Source of the DNA: Octopus sinensis
Taxonomy: Eukaryota
Length of the DNA: 64,000 nucleotides
Assembly (NCBI RefSeq): GCF_006345805.1
Contig: NC_042999.1
Coordinates: forward strand, 28,644,001 to 28,708,000
Direction: 5' to 3'
Shown here: piece by piece, positions 14,445-27,454 of the stretch
How the letters are laid out: the number at the start of each line of letters is the position of its first letter
Numbering within the stretch: position 1 is the first letter of the stretch
Translations under genes and position numbers: made by a program
Notes under the pieces: generated by a model
Told to the model about the DNA's origin: nothing
Databases searched by the model: none
What the model saw: the letters and a program-made list of their open reading frames with translations, nothing else

Positions 14445-14662
14445 TTTGATTTCAAATTTGGGGAGAACGCTAGCGATTTAGGAGTTGGTGATACGTCGAT
14501 TACGTCGATCCAGTGTTCAACTTGCACTTATTTTATCGATCCCGAAAGGATGAAATGCAAAGTGGACACCAGCAGCACTTGAACTCAAAATGTAAATTAG
14601 CAGGAAATACTGCAGGGCATTTTCCGCGGCGCGGTAACGTTTCTGCCAGCTCGTTGCCTTAA
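14445..14662 (-). mobile_element. SINE family B copy
   Basis: Reverse complement begins aaggcaacgagctggcagaaacgtta and contains gagttcaa...cattcatcctttcgggatcgataaaataag-like body. Confidence 0.7.
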
Positions 14663-14689
14663 AGTTCAATACTACAAATATTGTTTATT

Positions 14690-14905
14690 AGGCAGTGATG
14701 TGAAAGACTTATTACTGCGTCGGACAAAATGCAAAGCGGCATTTCTTCTTGCTCATAACGTTTTGAATTCAAATTCTGCTGGGGTCAACTTCTCTTTTCG
14801 TATATTCGTAGTCGATAACATAAATAGCAGTAATATATCGGAGTTGATTCAATCCACTTTTTCTGCTCTCAAAATTTCTAGCGATGTGTAAAAATTGCAA
14901 AGAAT
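14690..14905 (+). mobile_element. SINE family B copy, head-to-head with 14445-14662
   Basis: aggcagtga...acgttttgaattcaaattctgctggggtcaact...gtcgataa, homologous to the other family B copies. Confidence 0.55.
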
Positions 14906-16569
14906 TATTAATGTTGATTGTCTAAGAAATACTAAATTCACAATCAACACCACTAACTTATTAAGCGGTGTCGTTGCTGAATTGCGAACAAGCTGGGCAA
15001 CCTCTTAGCGGGGTGTATTTTTCCGGTGTTTTAGTTTTGTGTTCAATCTTTGTAGAGGTTGACCCTACATTTTAGCCTTTCGCAGGCGATAACAAAATTA
15101 CCATTAAATACTTTTGTGAAAGTAATCGACCTGTTCACTCCCCTGAAAAGTCTGAGATTGGGCGGCAAATGTTTTAAACAAATATTAATATCACGATTAA
15201 TAATATTTTTAGATGAATATGTATCCAATCGACAGTACATTAAGTTGATTACCCATTAAAATTGATTCCGATTTTAGATATGTCTCTGTATATTTCAGTT
15301 CTCATTCCATTGCAATATTCTTGACTTTTTTTCTTCTTTCTGTGCTGACAATGTATCTATCAACGAAATAATGGGGTTGTGAGTGCCAATCGCCACTCCA
15401 AAGAATTATCTGTCGAATGTTGACTGTTAAACGTATAATCGATATAGATAGACAATAAGAGAATGCTGAAGCTTTCAGTCAGCACTGGATCGACAAAAGG
15501 CAAGTAGAATAGTATCCATTAAATCGAATTTACCAGCCACATTGTTATTGATGTTAATTGTAGTATTCTACAAAAATAGGAAAATACGAATTTTCTGATA
15601 AATGTCATGTAGTTCCTATTGATATTTGCGTTTATTTTTGCTAAGCTTTACCATTATAGATACCAGTATTGCAATAATCTATACGAATACCATGGAAGCT
15701 TCTATACCATCATCGTCTTCATTTTGTTAATGTTGTTGAGATCCAGGTCAGTCCTCAGCAGATCTACGTTAGAAATCCTTCCATGCATAACCACCTTCGG
15801 TCTTTTTCAATTTTTTTTCTTCCAGGGTCATTATATTTAGTTGCGTCGTGCATTTTATAAGGTTTAAGCTGTTATTTCAAGTTTATTTGACGTCTAACTT
15901 TCATTATTTCAATCAACAACCTGGAGATTCCTGGCAGAATCATTAGTCCGTAATAGAAAATAACTTTTGTTCCGGGTTTTTACATTTTAAGTTACAATCT
16001 CCCGAGATCAAATCTGCATTTCATCACCTCGCTGTCCCTTAACTACGGCACTTGGTGTACTTGTGACGATAGTAACGACTAACGTATTCCTCTAAATACC
16101 AAGTCCTGAGCCTATTCTGCACAAGTATACAGCAAAATCACAGAATTGTTGATACATCTGAGAAAATAAAATTTTTATTCAAAAGAGCGCATTTTTTCTT
16201 AGTTCAAAACACATCCTGATAGGGGTCAGTTAAAATGAGTTGTAACTTCCTCTCGAAATTACTGTCATTGCATCTAAGTTAGAAATAATTTCTTTGACGA
16301 CGCGAGCTAGCGGAGTCGTTAGAGCGCTGAAAATCGGACAATCGACAAACAAGCCATGCAAGTGCTTACGTTCTGACTCCACGTCGTACTGAGATAACCT
16401 TTCCATTCAGAGCATTAAAACATAATACTAGACAAGTACTTAAGTCGGTGGTATCGGCTAACACCATCTAGTCCAAACTGACAAGCGATTGCTTAAATAG
16501 AAATTTCTTCTTCTTCTTCTTCTTCTTATTATTATTATTATTAATATTATTATTATTTTTATTATTATT

Positions 16570-16945
16570 ATTGCTTTATGGTGTAGCACCCTATGCAGCG
16601 TCATCAACTTTTTCATCCTCCGATCCAGTATTGCTATTTCCTCCTTAGTCCATTTGAGGATGAACGCACTATATCTGATCACCACAAGTACCCAGATTTT
16701 CATTGCGGCAATCAAATTTTGGGTATTCAGGTTGGATTTTAACACACTCTTCACTCTCTTTTCATACGTGTCGGTGAAATTGACTGTTATTTCTCTATGT
16801 AGAATGTCATCCGTTTCCAAAGTCCCTACCCATGATAACCGCAATCGTGTGCAGGCTGATTTCTTCCCGCTTTTCATATTAAGTACTGAGCATTTGGTAA
16901 TCCCAAATTCCATACTGAATTCCCTACCACATTTCTGGACTGTTG
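16570..16945 (-). mobile_element. R4/Dong-type non-LTR retrotransposon RT fragment flanked by (TAA)n
   Basis: MEFGITKCSVLNMKSGK...KRVKSVLKSNLNTQNLIAAMKIWVLVVIRYSAFILKWTKEEIAILDRRMKKLMTLHRVLHHKA matches the R4/Dong RT C-terminal region; ATT repeats on both sides, consistent with known TAA targeting by Dong. Confidence 0.85.
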
Positions 16946-16959
16946 TGGTTAAGTAATCT

Positions 16960-16985
16960 AATTATTATTATAGTTATTATTATTA

Positions 16986-17029
<44 letters not shown>

Positions 17030-17031
17030 GT

Positions 17032-17088
<57 letters not shown>

Positions 17089-17118
17089 CAGCAGCAGCAG
17101 CAGTAATATTATTATTAG
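16960..17118. repeat. Compound (ATT)n(AGT)n(AGC)n microsatellite
   Basis: Directly visible. Confidence 0.95.
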
Positions 17119-17225
17119 TAAGGCAGCGAACTGGTAGAGTCATTTGTACGCCGGGCAAAATGTTGAGCGGCATTTCATCCGACTTTACGTTCTGAGTTCA
17201 AATTCCCCCGGGGTCTCGTTTGTCC
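17119..17225 (+). mobile_element. SINE family B 5' part
   Basis: taaggcagcgaactggtagagtc...tttacgttctgagttcaaattcccccggggtc. Confidence 0.7.
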
Positions 17226-17269
17226 GTTGTAGGTGAAAAGTGTTCACATCTGTGATGCATTGCTACTAT

Positions 17270-17485
17270 TGGTTACGAATTTTAGCACGAATCCAGCAAT
17301 CTGAGGAGAAGTTAAATTGATTACATCGACCCCAGAACTCCACTTGTGATTACTTTTTCGACTCTGAAACGATGAAAGGCAAAGACAACCACGGCCGCAT
17401 TTTATCTCAGAACGTAATAACCGGACGAAGTACAGCCAGACATTTTGCCCAGGGTAATAAATATTGTACCAGCTAATCGCCCGCG
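17270..17485 (-). mobile_element. SINE family B copy
   Basis: Reverse complement contains ttacgttctgagataaaatgcggccgtggttgtctttgcctttcatcg...gtcgaaaa. Confidence 0.6.
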
Positions 17486-17624
17486 AAAGCATTACCATGC
17501 TCTTCACTGTTAGTATCTGTTTTATTTTTTTTAACGATACAAATTTGATTCTGTGCCTTAGTGTTATGTCTTATTTTCTACATTTGTAAGCACGAAAGCT
17601 AAGTTGAAAACTGTATTTTTTTTT

Positions 17625-18545
17625 CTGGTAACCATGGATGTTTCTTCTTTATATTCCAATATTGACCAGGATGAAAGGGTAGAAGCATGCATGAGTGCGT
17701 TTGAAAAATGGTCAATATATTCATTCTTTGTAGGCTATTGAGGTTGTCTTACAAAGTAATATAATGAAGTTTGGACAAACGTTTTTGACCCAGATGTGGG
17801 GTTGCACCATGGGTACCCCCATGCCAGTTTATCTTGCTAATGTCCTCATGAAAAAAATTCGAGACATAGTTACCGAAGATTCATATCCCTACATGGTCAT
17901 GAACCAATATTCTGGTTACAGTCCTTCGATGACATCTTTGTTGTCTGGGAAGGATCAAAAATAATTTAATTGACTTTGTTCTATTTCTGTGACTTTTATG
18001 CTGAAACCTATTTCCTTAATGTTGACATAAAATTTACGTCAAATTTCTCAAAAACCAGCGTTGAACTTTTGGTCACAAAAGTTAAGTTTTCCTGAGGCAG
18101 TTATCCTGAGGCAGAATGACAGAGTTGGTTTGCAAGCTACGTCATACCACATCCACCTCCACCACTGAACTGACCATCCACATCATGTAATTTATTCAAA
18201 TCTGAAATCCCGATGTTTTGGGGTTAAAACAGATTTGTACTGACGAAGGAGATTGCTGGAAACACGCGAATGCTTCTGTACACCATCGTTCAAACGCGGT
18301 TACAGTGAATCACGATTAAAGGAAATAGCAAATGACGTAAATAAGATTAGCAAAGAAAATCAAACATTCACGCATAAATTTGGCAAAGTATATCTGACAG
18401 AATACCTTTCTCTGGCAGTTCAAAAGAATTACATAACAGTTAACAGAACGTTGCGAAAAATATCCTCGTTTCAAACAAATATTTCCTCAACCGACTGTAG
18501 TCTTTAAACAGAATAAAAATATAAGTGAACTATTAACCTGTACTT
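17625..18545 (+). mobile_element. Penelope-like element reverse transcriptase pseudogene
   Basis: In successive frames: LVTMDVSSLYSNIDQDERVEAC (motif A), FLTQMWGCTMGTPMPVYLANVLM (motif B), WLQSFDDIFVVW (motif C), LQATSYH, FKRGY, KQNKNISELLT; all typical of PLE RT and thumb; many stops and frameshifts. Confidence 0.9.
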
Positions 18546-18814
18546 CTGACTCTAAAAAACTATCAGTGGAGTATTTGCAGAAACCCTATATACATATGAT
18601 GACTACCTGTCTGATAAGGGTATACCCAGCACATATATCATTGTGATCTCATATCAAGATAAACTGTGCATGACCTTGCAAGTTGTATCCGGTTAGAATC
18701 TTCTTCGCGTCGTGTAGCCCATATCACTGAAAATGTCCCTGAATAAGGATTGTTTAAGGATGGTGAACGAAACACACATGTTTCCAAAGCTGAATTATCC
18801 AAACCCCAAGTATT

Positions 18815-19050
18815 TCCTTTCAACATATGGCTACGATGCTCTCCCGATACTTCTGCTCGTGATCAGTGATGCACATTTCGTCAGTCACTAAGGGACATAC
18901 TCAGCTGGTGAAGGTCAAACAACTGACTAGCAAATCTGTGGTATTGACCAGAATATTTATTATAGCGCATCATGTATACCAAGACAACACAATGTGCATG
19001 ATAACACTTCCAATCGGTTAAGATGAGAACTCATGAGAGTCAGTGCCATG
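18815..19050 (-). mobile_element. Interspersed repeat fragment (SINE/LINE-like), homologous to 22400-22580 in opposite orientation
   Basis: catgataacacttccaatcggttaagatgagaac here vs gttctgatcttactgattcgaagtgttatcatg at about 22420-22450. Confidence 0.55.
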
Positions 19051-19753
19051 TAAATATCATCATCAGTAGCAGGAGAAGCACTTTTTTTGTGTTTTTGAAA
19101 AAAGCAGAAACAATAAAAGGTTAATCGAAATGCCACCCGGTGTGTATCTGCAATTCTCTATCAAATGAATATAGATACCATGGGTTACACGTATTCTTTC
19201 GTTCTTGCGGAAATAATCAAGTACTTCAGTCTAGACCGAGAACATTTTTGTATATTATTCGTGGCTTTAAGATTTTTGTCTTTTCATCAGTTTGAAAGTA
19301 TTAATTATTATCATATTTAAATGCGGCTAATATCAGAATCAAGACTGATTTACTCGGTATCTGATACCACACTGACATATACATGATTCCAAAATAGTTA
19401 TTTGCATAACTGCAAACTGATAACAGAATTGTAATAACGATATTTAAACTAATACAAATATCGGCATTATCATATTTGGAAGCATATACCATTCAAGAAT
19501 CCGTATAGTTATCTTCATAAACTGATACGGTATGTTAATTCTATTCTTGTATATGGATTATTACACCGGTAATTTCCTGTTTGCAATATGATAACATATA
19601 CGATATCGACATACTTGTAAGCCGAAGTCATTATCAGTAGTATGGGGCCTGTAAGCTGATCCCTTTATCACTGCTACTGTAAACTAATCTAAGAAGCTAG
19701 CGGGCTGGCCGTTATTGGTAAAGTTAGTATACCATTGTGATATACTGCTAATA

Positions 19754-19955
19754 TTGGTTTCAATTGCGGCACAAGTCCAACAATTTTGGGGGCGGGCTTA
19801 AGTCGATTACACCAACCACAGCGTTCAATTGGTACTTACTTTATCGAAACCGAAAATATGAGAAACAAATTCGACGTTGGTGGAATTTAATCTCAGAGCC
19901 TATAGATACCTGAGAATTTTGGCCGATGTACAAACGATTCCGCCAGCTCACTGTC
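19754..19955 (-). mobile_element. SINE family B copy
   Basis: gtcgattacacc...ggtacttactttatcga...ggtggaatttaatctcaga, homologous to 20555-20697. Confidence 0.6.
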
Positions 19956-20554
19956 CTGTGCATTGCTAATATCAATTCTAGATTCAAGTCGGCGAACTTG
20001 GCTGAATCGTTAGCATGCTGAGCAAAAAAGCTATATTAATGCCAGATTAATAATTTGGATATTCGCCATTGACTCAATAATTTCATCTATGGAAATCGTT
20101 CCTATCCACCTTCAAGCACGGCATGATTTTAACGTATTCCTACTCGTATGGTCACATGCATTGTAACACATAGCTAAGCTCATGACAGGAGGTACTATTC
20201 CGCGTCAGAGTAGAACAAGGAATAATTGTATCTAAGAGAGTGTTCCAAACTCTTTTAACCTGAAACAAGGTCCCATTACCGGGTGTAGTTTAAACTGTCA
20301 ACGGTCATGATCAATCAGGTGAGTTTGCAAAATATTATAATCAAGTATATTCGTGGCATGTGCAGATGAGATATATCAACTAACAAAAGCTAAAATCAAT
20401 GAAAACTGAGATCGAAATTCATGCCTCACCCTTCGATCGAGATCGACCTGGATAGAATTACTTAGCTCAACGATTGATATCTTCGCGATCGGAGATGCAG
20501 AGTTTGTTATATTCAAACCTTGTCTCATATGACAGCTTACAATATTATTTCATT

Positions 20555-20697
20555 CTAGTATAGGCACAAAGCATGAAATTTTTGGGGAGAGGACTAATCG
20601 ATTAGATCAACCCCAGTGCTTCACTAGGACTTAATCTATCGAGCACCGAATGATGAAAGACAAAGTAGACCTCGGCGGAATTTGAACTCAGAACACC
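20555..20697 (-). mobile_element. SINE family B 3' part
   Basis: ggcacaaagcatgaaatttttgggg...gtagacctcggcggaatttgaactcagaac. Confidence 0.7.
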
Positions 20698-23600
20698 GTG
20701 ACACACGAAATGAGCTCGCCGTCTTAGCTTACAGTAATAATACAATGGGAAACAATGTATTAGCTTTATCTCACACACAGACACACATGCACGCACGCGC
20801 GCGTGCGCGTTTGTGTCTCGGAGAGAGGGTGTTTCGTGTGTGTGTGTGTGTGTGTGTATGTAATGATGAGATGGATAGATGCAGATATATTTAAAAAGAT
20901 GATACAGTGAAATAACTAAGCCTTTTGCATTGTTCCAGTGAAATATTTCTTGTATATATATATATATATATATGATGTGGTTGTTCTTTAGTTCTCGGTT
21001 CGAAATTACTTTGGTCAACTATGACCGGAAATGTACAAGCCGAGACCATCCAATTGTACTGCATTTCATATCATAGGTTGTGAACATGTATATCACTTCA
21101 AAAGAAAAGATGTGATCTGTGACATGCTTGTTTGCTGCTTATTGCAGCTTTAGAGAGCGGTTATACACCAATCCATTCGGTTGTTCACTTATATATTTTA
21201 AATATATAAATTTACATTATAGCTGTTAAAAATAAGTTCATTAATTAAAGAAAAATATTTAAAGAATACAATGTATTCTTGATTTATTATTCTGGCAGAA
21301 TTTCCTGTAATAGATTCGTGATGGAATATTATGTTACATTTTAACTTTAGTAGAACGTAAAGTTCTGAAAGTATTGCTACACATCTAATCATATGGCTTT
21401 CAAAATTACGATGGTCTATTAACTAAGACTGTATGCGATAGACAGAGGTAAATGCTTTCTCCTTGTACATAATATCTTTACAGACATTCATGTATTTATC
21501 TAGTTAAATAGATTTTTAAAATTACTTTTAATTGATTGTACCTTATAATATTACTGACTATATAATGCCATTAAAATGTCCTGGTGTAATTTTGAAATGT
21601 TATTCCATATTTTATACTTTATGTTATATACTCAAAAAAGTATATGTTATATACTCAAAAATTTTTTACAGATTTAATACGTATATTTTGTGGGTAGTTA
21701 TCAAATCTTTTGTAGCATTTAAAAAAATTTGTCAAAAGTAGCAATTGCATTAGATTTCCTTTATAGGGACACGCAAAGTCTATTCTTTGCGCAATTAATC
21801 TGGTTTGATGTCTGACTTGCAAGCCAAGTTACTTATATTATGACTCAGGTTATAGATGAAATGTCAGCTGCTAATTGTACTTCTTAAACACTAGAATCTT
21901 ATCACGATTCCTATACATAATGAGAACTGACAAGCACGAGAGTAAATCTGTTTAAAATGAAATCTTAGGCTTGTCAATTATGCTATGGATAGATTAGTTT
22001 TACCACATACACAATTGATCATCTTTCTTACAAATTTATAATTGTTAATGATAACTTCTAATTTAGGTACATGATAAGTATTTTGGAAGGAGGGTAAGTG
22101 GATGGCATCGACTTTAGAACTTCAGTAGTATTTTCTACTATATGTACTATAGATGAGAGGGAAATTGGCCACAGCATGATGCAGAGACGTGATAGGCTGG
22201 GAAATTATTTTAACATACGTTACCAAGCATTCTGTCTGACGCCTTCATGTTTCTCGTCATTCAATTATAAGCATAATGATGTCTTTCTAATATTCGCTGA
22301 AGGTGTAATGTTGTATTATACCGACACCGGTGCTCAAATGGTTTTATTTTATCCATCCGCAAAGTAACGAAGGACCTGAATAATTCTAACGATGCTCAGA
22401 GGCACTTGCTCTTTTGCGTTCTGATCTTACTGATTCGAAGTGTTATCATGTACATGTTTTGTTATGATGTAAGTGATGGACTATAGTAAATATTCTACTC
22501 AATATTACAGATTTGCTTCTCATTTGCTTGACCTTAACCAGTTGAGTAAATTCCTTGATTTCTGATGATATTTGACATTATTTGACTGCTATATATGTTA
22601 TTGAAGCCGCGAATGTGAATAACGTACACGTTTCGTTGTCACTTTTATATCAAAGGAAAATTCCTTTCTTAAAAGAATAAATGGCATACTTGACAATTTT
22701 GTTCTAAATACAGAATGGTATCGGATACACAATACCAGAACACATTCCCTTCAGACTTTGACGCATGGGAGCCAGTGCATAAATATGTTAAAGTGCGATT
22801 CGGTTCTCTGGCCTTTTCGTTTGACCAGAGAGAAAACGCCACTGTTCATTGCTATAATGTGGATTAGTATTCGAAGGGCGAATCAAACTTCTCCCGTTTC
22901 AGATACACTCTACATATTCCGATAATCTCGCATGCTTTACATTGATCGAAGTTGGTCAATGTGAAATCTAAAGTAGATAGAATGCCTCCTTGGTCTACGA
23001 TCTGTCGCATTTGCTGGGCATGATACTGAATAGATCTACCCAAATTTGCGTAAAACAATACGTCACAGAAAATCCAATGATGACATGCACCAGCCGCTTG
23101 GCCTTTGTAAGAAGCTTGAACTCTGAATTGAAGAGATTTGTCGGCCTAAATGACTATTATGCTTCCATTGCTCAGGTTTCTTCCTCAGAAGTGTCACTAG
23201 TTCCATGCTCAAATGAGAGTATTTTAAGCATTCAATTATAAAAGGCAATTAACATGACTTCAGCAAACACGACTAGCATATTACACAAATGTGCACCCCA
23301 CAAACAGACCACTTTTGTCATTTATTTAAAACGTAGTAATTTAAAACTTTTTAACACTTTCCAGATGAAATCGGTTTCCACTACCTTTGCATTTTTGTCC
23401 CAAAATCGCCTCAACATCTTTGATAAAATGTACCATGTCTAGTTTGTCACTTCCTCACAAAGAAGCAAGTATATGTTTTCCTCAAATGCGCAACATTGGG
23501 TGAGAATGTAGATCACTAACATTAATATCATTACAAATAAACCAGCCATTATCGAAAAAATTGTATGACAATATACTAATAAAATTAATCATTATTTTAT

Positions 23601-24000
23601 ATCAATCAATATTTTATATCGGCTCAAAACACTTCCAGCAACTGTACTACTAACAGCACTCCTTCAGCTACTCTACTATTTAATTACTATTCCAATTGAA
23701 AGAAAAAGCTGGAAAAATATCCATAAGATCGCAGACGGATTTATGCGTGTGTATGTAAGTATATATATATACACCTATCTACCTATATATATATATATAT
23801 AATATATATATATATATATGTAATATATATATATATATATAATGTACTATCCATAAAGGTATGCGTGTATGTATACATATGTGTGTACATATATATATGT
23901 ATATATATATATATACATATGTACATATATACATATATATATATATTTACATATACATATATATATATATATTTACATATACATATATATATATATTTTT

Positions 24001-24139
24001 ATGTTTTTATATATTTTTATCATATGATTTTATAATATGGTTTTTATGCATTTACATATTTTTATATGATTTTGTGAACATAATTTTTATAATGAAATAT
24101 ATCTTATTTGCCTATTGGTAAGCGGTACTTTTGTTTCAT
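24001..24139 (-). repeat. Left arm of older outer inverted repeat (partner 27798-27934)
   Basis: aagcggtacttttgtttcat and ~120 bp upstream are the reverse complement of atgaaacaaaagtaccgctt... at 27798, with scattered mismatches and indels. Confidence 0.85.
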
Positions 24140-24251
24140 ATATATTTATATGTGTGTGTGTGTACATATATGCATACACGTATATACATATATGAATATC
24201 TCTCTAAAAATTAATTTTACATGTATACAAATGTATATATATATGTATATA

Positions 24252-24346
<95 letters not shown>

Positions 24347-24579
24347 ATATATATATATATATATAATTTATGTGAAATAGAAAGATGAATAATCTTGTAG
24401 TAGATTAATCAAAAGTTTAACCGATACCTTAGTAGCAAAAATCACAGCAGTAAACAGCACGGTTGGAGGTACAACCATCTGGCGTTGCAACCGTGCGTTG
24501 GTGCGGATAATTGAAATTAAAACATTATTGGTGAATTGAAGAAATGGAGCTGAACGCAGATTGAACAGAAATCGTTTTA

Positions 24580-24668
24580 TTTCATTCTACACGTGTTTCG
24601 AAAGGCACAAATTACCAAAATCCGATTGAATAATGGGACCATATTGTGTCTTTCTCATCAGGAAGAAA
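24580..24668 (-). ncRNA. Type I hammerhead ribozyme (left arm)
   Basis: Exact reverse complement of 27455-27543. Confidence 0.8.
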
Positions 24669-25269
24669 AAAGGAAATCCGTTGGAAACACAAAAACAGAA
24701 CAGAGGCGGAGCAAAAAACAAATCGAACTGTGCTCCTAAGAGCCCATGGCGAAACTGTTTATCAGTGTATGTTGAGAACCGGTGGCTGAAGAATTCAACG
24801 GGTCAGGCATCGGTCAATCATGTGGGTGAGGGTGTATAGATGTTCTTTGTGACCGAGAATAAAGTTCTGACTATTTAAGGAATATTGGATGTTTTATAAG
24901 GGGCGAGAAAAAATCTACTTAGAGACGTGTGTGTGTGTATACTGTTCTATATATGTGTGTGTTGGCGTAGGGGTAGAAAACATTTTTTGTGTACGTGTGT
25001 GCGTTTGATCGTTCGGCTGTCAGTGGCTACTGCCGTGATAACCGTTGGGTGGCAGAAAGAAAAAAATTAAAAAAATATATATATTATGTTTTATGTGTGT
25101 GTGTGTTCATCTGAGCCTGCCTTGTCAAGGAAACCCCCCGCTGTGAGAAAACCAAGCCCCGTTTGTCTTACAGGAGTAATTCCCCTTGCAGTGGTTAATC
25201 GTAGATATCTTAAAGGCTATTTCAGAATTTGTTACCAAGGGCTATGGGTGCCGGTACTATTTATAAACG

Positions 25270-26070
25270 CTATTTAAAGGCCAGGTAAGTGTAACGCCGC
25301 CAATGGGGGCATCGAAAAGCCGACTGTAAGAGCCCGTTTACCATCCGGCCTCTGGCAAACAAAATATGGAAGAGTTCGGAGACACAAAGGTTGCACTGTC
25401 TTCTGCCCCTATCAAATGGGAGGGCCACCGACAAAATTGACCATTCCAGCCTATAGCTTAAGTTCGCATCCTTCAGTCGCCATATTAGCTTACTGAGTCC
25501 CGTGGTCTGGCGCTTGTTCACGTCCCGAAAAGTTGCGTAATGGTTGGAGACACGCAAAGACAATCTTGAGGATGATGCCCCTACATAAGTGAAGGCATAT
25601 GAGTCCGTGTAAACCTTGCATTCGTAGACGGCGTTTTTGATCTTGGAGTTCGCCGACGTGAATCTTAATCTGCTAGGATTAGTTTCTGAAATTAGAACTG
25701 CGTTCCTGTCACTATATTCGTTCCGAGACCTGCAGCCGCTTACTACTCTATTTTCCACTACGTCACTATTAACTATAGGAATAACCCCTGATTCTCCACT
25801 ATCTATCAGAGTGCTGTCATTGCTACTGCCCGTGGTACTGCTATTGCGGGAAATGATGCTGGGGATGCTAATGGGACTCTATACCCTACTCCCATTATTA
25901 CCGTCAACCACAACACCCCTATTTATAACTATACCCCTAGTGGTTACTCCCTGGCTGGAGCTGAGATTATGTGTCACTGTACTGGCTCTCATCTCATTAT
26001 TACTACTATAATTATTCCTACTGAGCATTAAACCGGGAACTAAGACCCTATCACCTTTTTCCGGAGGCAC
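25270..26070 (-). pseudogene. GIY-YIG endonuclease ORF copy with nonsense mutation
   Basis: Same frame as the right-arm ORF but GAG>TAG at 25879-25881 splits it into the 63-aa and 162-aa ORFs; also F>V, Q>E and D>Y differences. Confidence 0.85.
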
Positions 26071-26092
26071 AGCCTCTTCCGCTCCCGGTTTA

Positions 26093-26851
26093 ATGCTCAG
26101 TAGGAATAATTATAGTAGTAATAATGAGATGAGAGCCAGTACAGTGACACATAATCTCAGCTCCAGCCAGGGAGTAACCACTAGGGGTATAGTTATAAAT
26201 AGGGGTGTTGTGGTTGACGGTAATAATGGGAGTAGGGTAGAGAGCCCCATTAGCATCCCCAGCATCATTTCCCGCAATAGCAGTACCACGGGCAGTAGCA
26301 ATGACAGCACTCTGATAGATAGTGGAGAATCAGGGGTTATTCCTATATTTAATAGTGACGTAGTGGAAAATAGAGTAGTAAGCGGCTGCAGGTCTCGGAA
26401 CGAATATAGTGACAGGAACGCAGTTCTAATTTCAGAAACTAATCCTAGCAGATTAAGATTCACGTCGGCGAACTCCAAGATCAAAAACGCCGTCTACCAA
26501 TGCAAGGTTTACACGGACTCAGATGCCTTCACTTATGTAGGGGCATCATCCTCAAGATTGTCTTTGCGTGTCTCCAACCATTACGCAACTTTTCGGGACG
26601 TGAACAAGCGCCAGACCACGGGACTCAGTAAGCTAATATGGCGACTGAAGGATGCGAACTTAAGCTATAGGCTGGAATGGTCAATTTTGTCGGTGGCCCT
26701 CCCATTTGATAGGGGCAGAAGACAGTGCAACCTTTGTGTCTCCGAACTCTTCCATATTTTGTTTGCCAGAGGCCGGATGGTAAACGGGCTCTTACAGTCG
26801 GCTTTTCGATGCCCCCATTGGCGGCGTTACACTTACCTGGCCTTTAAATAG
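26093..26851 (+). CDS. Penelope-type GIY-YIG endonuclease (252 aa) with Ser/Asn-rich N-terminal linker, no RT
   Basis: AVYQCKV...FTYVGASS...LRVSNHYATF...TTGLSKLIWRLKD...YRLEWSIL...CNLCVSE...N...RCPH matches the GIY-YIG motif, the catalytic Arg/Glu positions and the C-terminal CxLC...CxH signature of PLE endonucleases. The ATG may be fortuitous after truncation. Confidence 0.85.
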   Translation: MLSRNNYSSNNEMRASTVTHNLSSSQGVTTRGIVINRGVVVDGNNGSRVESPISIPSIISRNSSTTGSSNDSTLIDSGESGVIPIFNSDVVENRVVSGCRSRNEYSDRNAVLISETNPSRLRFTSANSKIKNAVYQCKVYTDSDAFTYVGASSSRLSLRVSNHYATFRDVNKRQTTGLSKLIWRLKDANLSYRLEWSILSVALPFDRGRRQCNLCVSELFHILFARGRMVNGLLQSAFRCPHWRRYTYLAFK

Positions 26852-27454
26852 CGTTTATAAATAGTACCGGCACCCATAGCCCTTGGTAACAAATTCTGAA
26901 ATAGCCTTTAAGATATCTACGATTAACCACTGCAAGGGGAATTACTCCTGTAAGACAAACGGGGCTTGGTTTTCTCACAGCGGGGGGTTTCCTTGACAAG
27001 GCAGGCTCAGATGAACACACACACACATAAAACATAATATATATATATTTTTTTAATTTTTTTCTTTCTGCCACCCAACGGTTATCACGGCAGTAGCCAC
27101 TGACAGCCGAACGATCAAACGCACACACGTACACAAAAAATGTTTTCTACCCCTACGCCAACACACACATATATAGAACAGTATACACACACACACGTCT
27201 CTAAGTAGATTTTTTCTCGCCCCTTATAAAACATCCAATATTCCTTAAATAGTCAGAACTTTATTCTCGGTCACAAAGAACATCTATACACCCTCACCCA
27301 CATGATTGACCGATGCCTGACCCGTTGAATTCTTCAGCCACCGGTTCTCAACATACACTGATAAACAGTTTCGCCATGGGCTCTTAGGAGCACAGTTCGA
27401 TTTGTTTTTTGCTCCGCCTCTGTTCTGTTTTTGTGTTTCCAACGGATTTCCTTT

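Larger units (their letters stand above)
24375..26082 (-). mobile_element. 5'-truncated Penelope-like element, left arm of palindrome (EN region plus pLTR with HHR)
   Basis: 24516-26038 is the reverse complement of 26083-27607. This copy extends ~140 bp further 3' (to (TA)n at ~24375) and 44 bp further 5' (the spacer stays in frame: AEEAVPPEKGDRVLVPG). Confidence 0.9.

Noticed and set aside
22600-23600. Non-repetitive island with short ORFs on both strands
   Set aside because: No protein motif, TIR or splice structure could be recognised.
25637-26484. Two 124-aa Leu-rich ORFs (25637-26011 + and 26110-26484 -)
   Set aside because: Antisense shadows of the Ser/Asn-rich GIY-YIG frame, duplicated by the palindrome.
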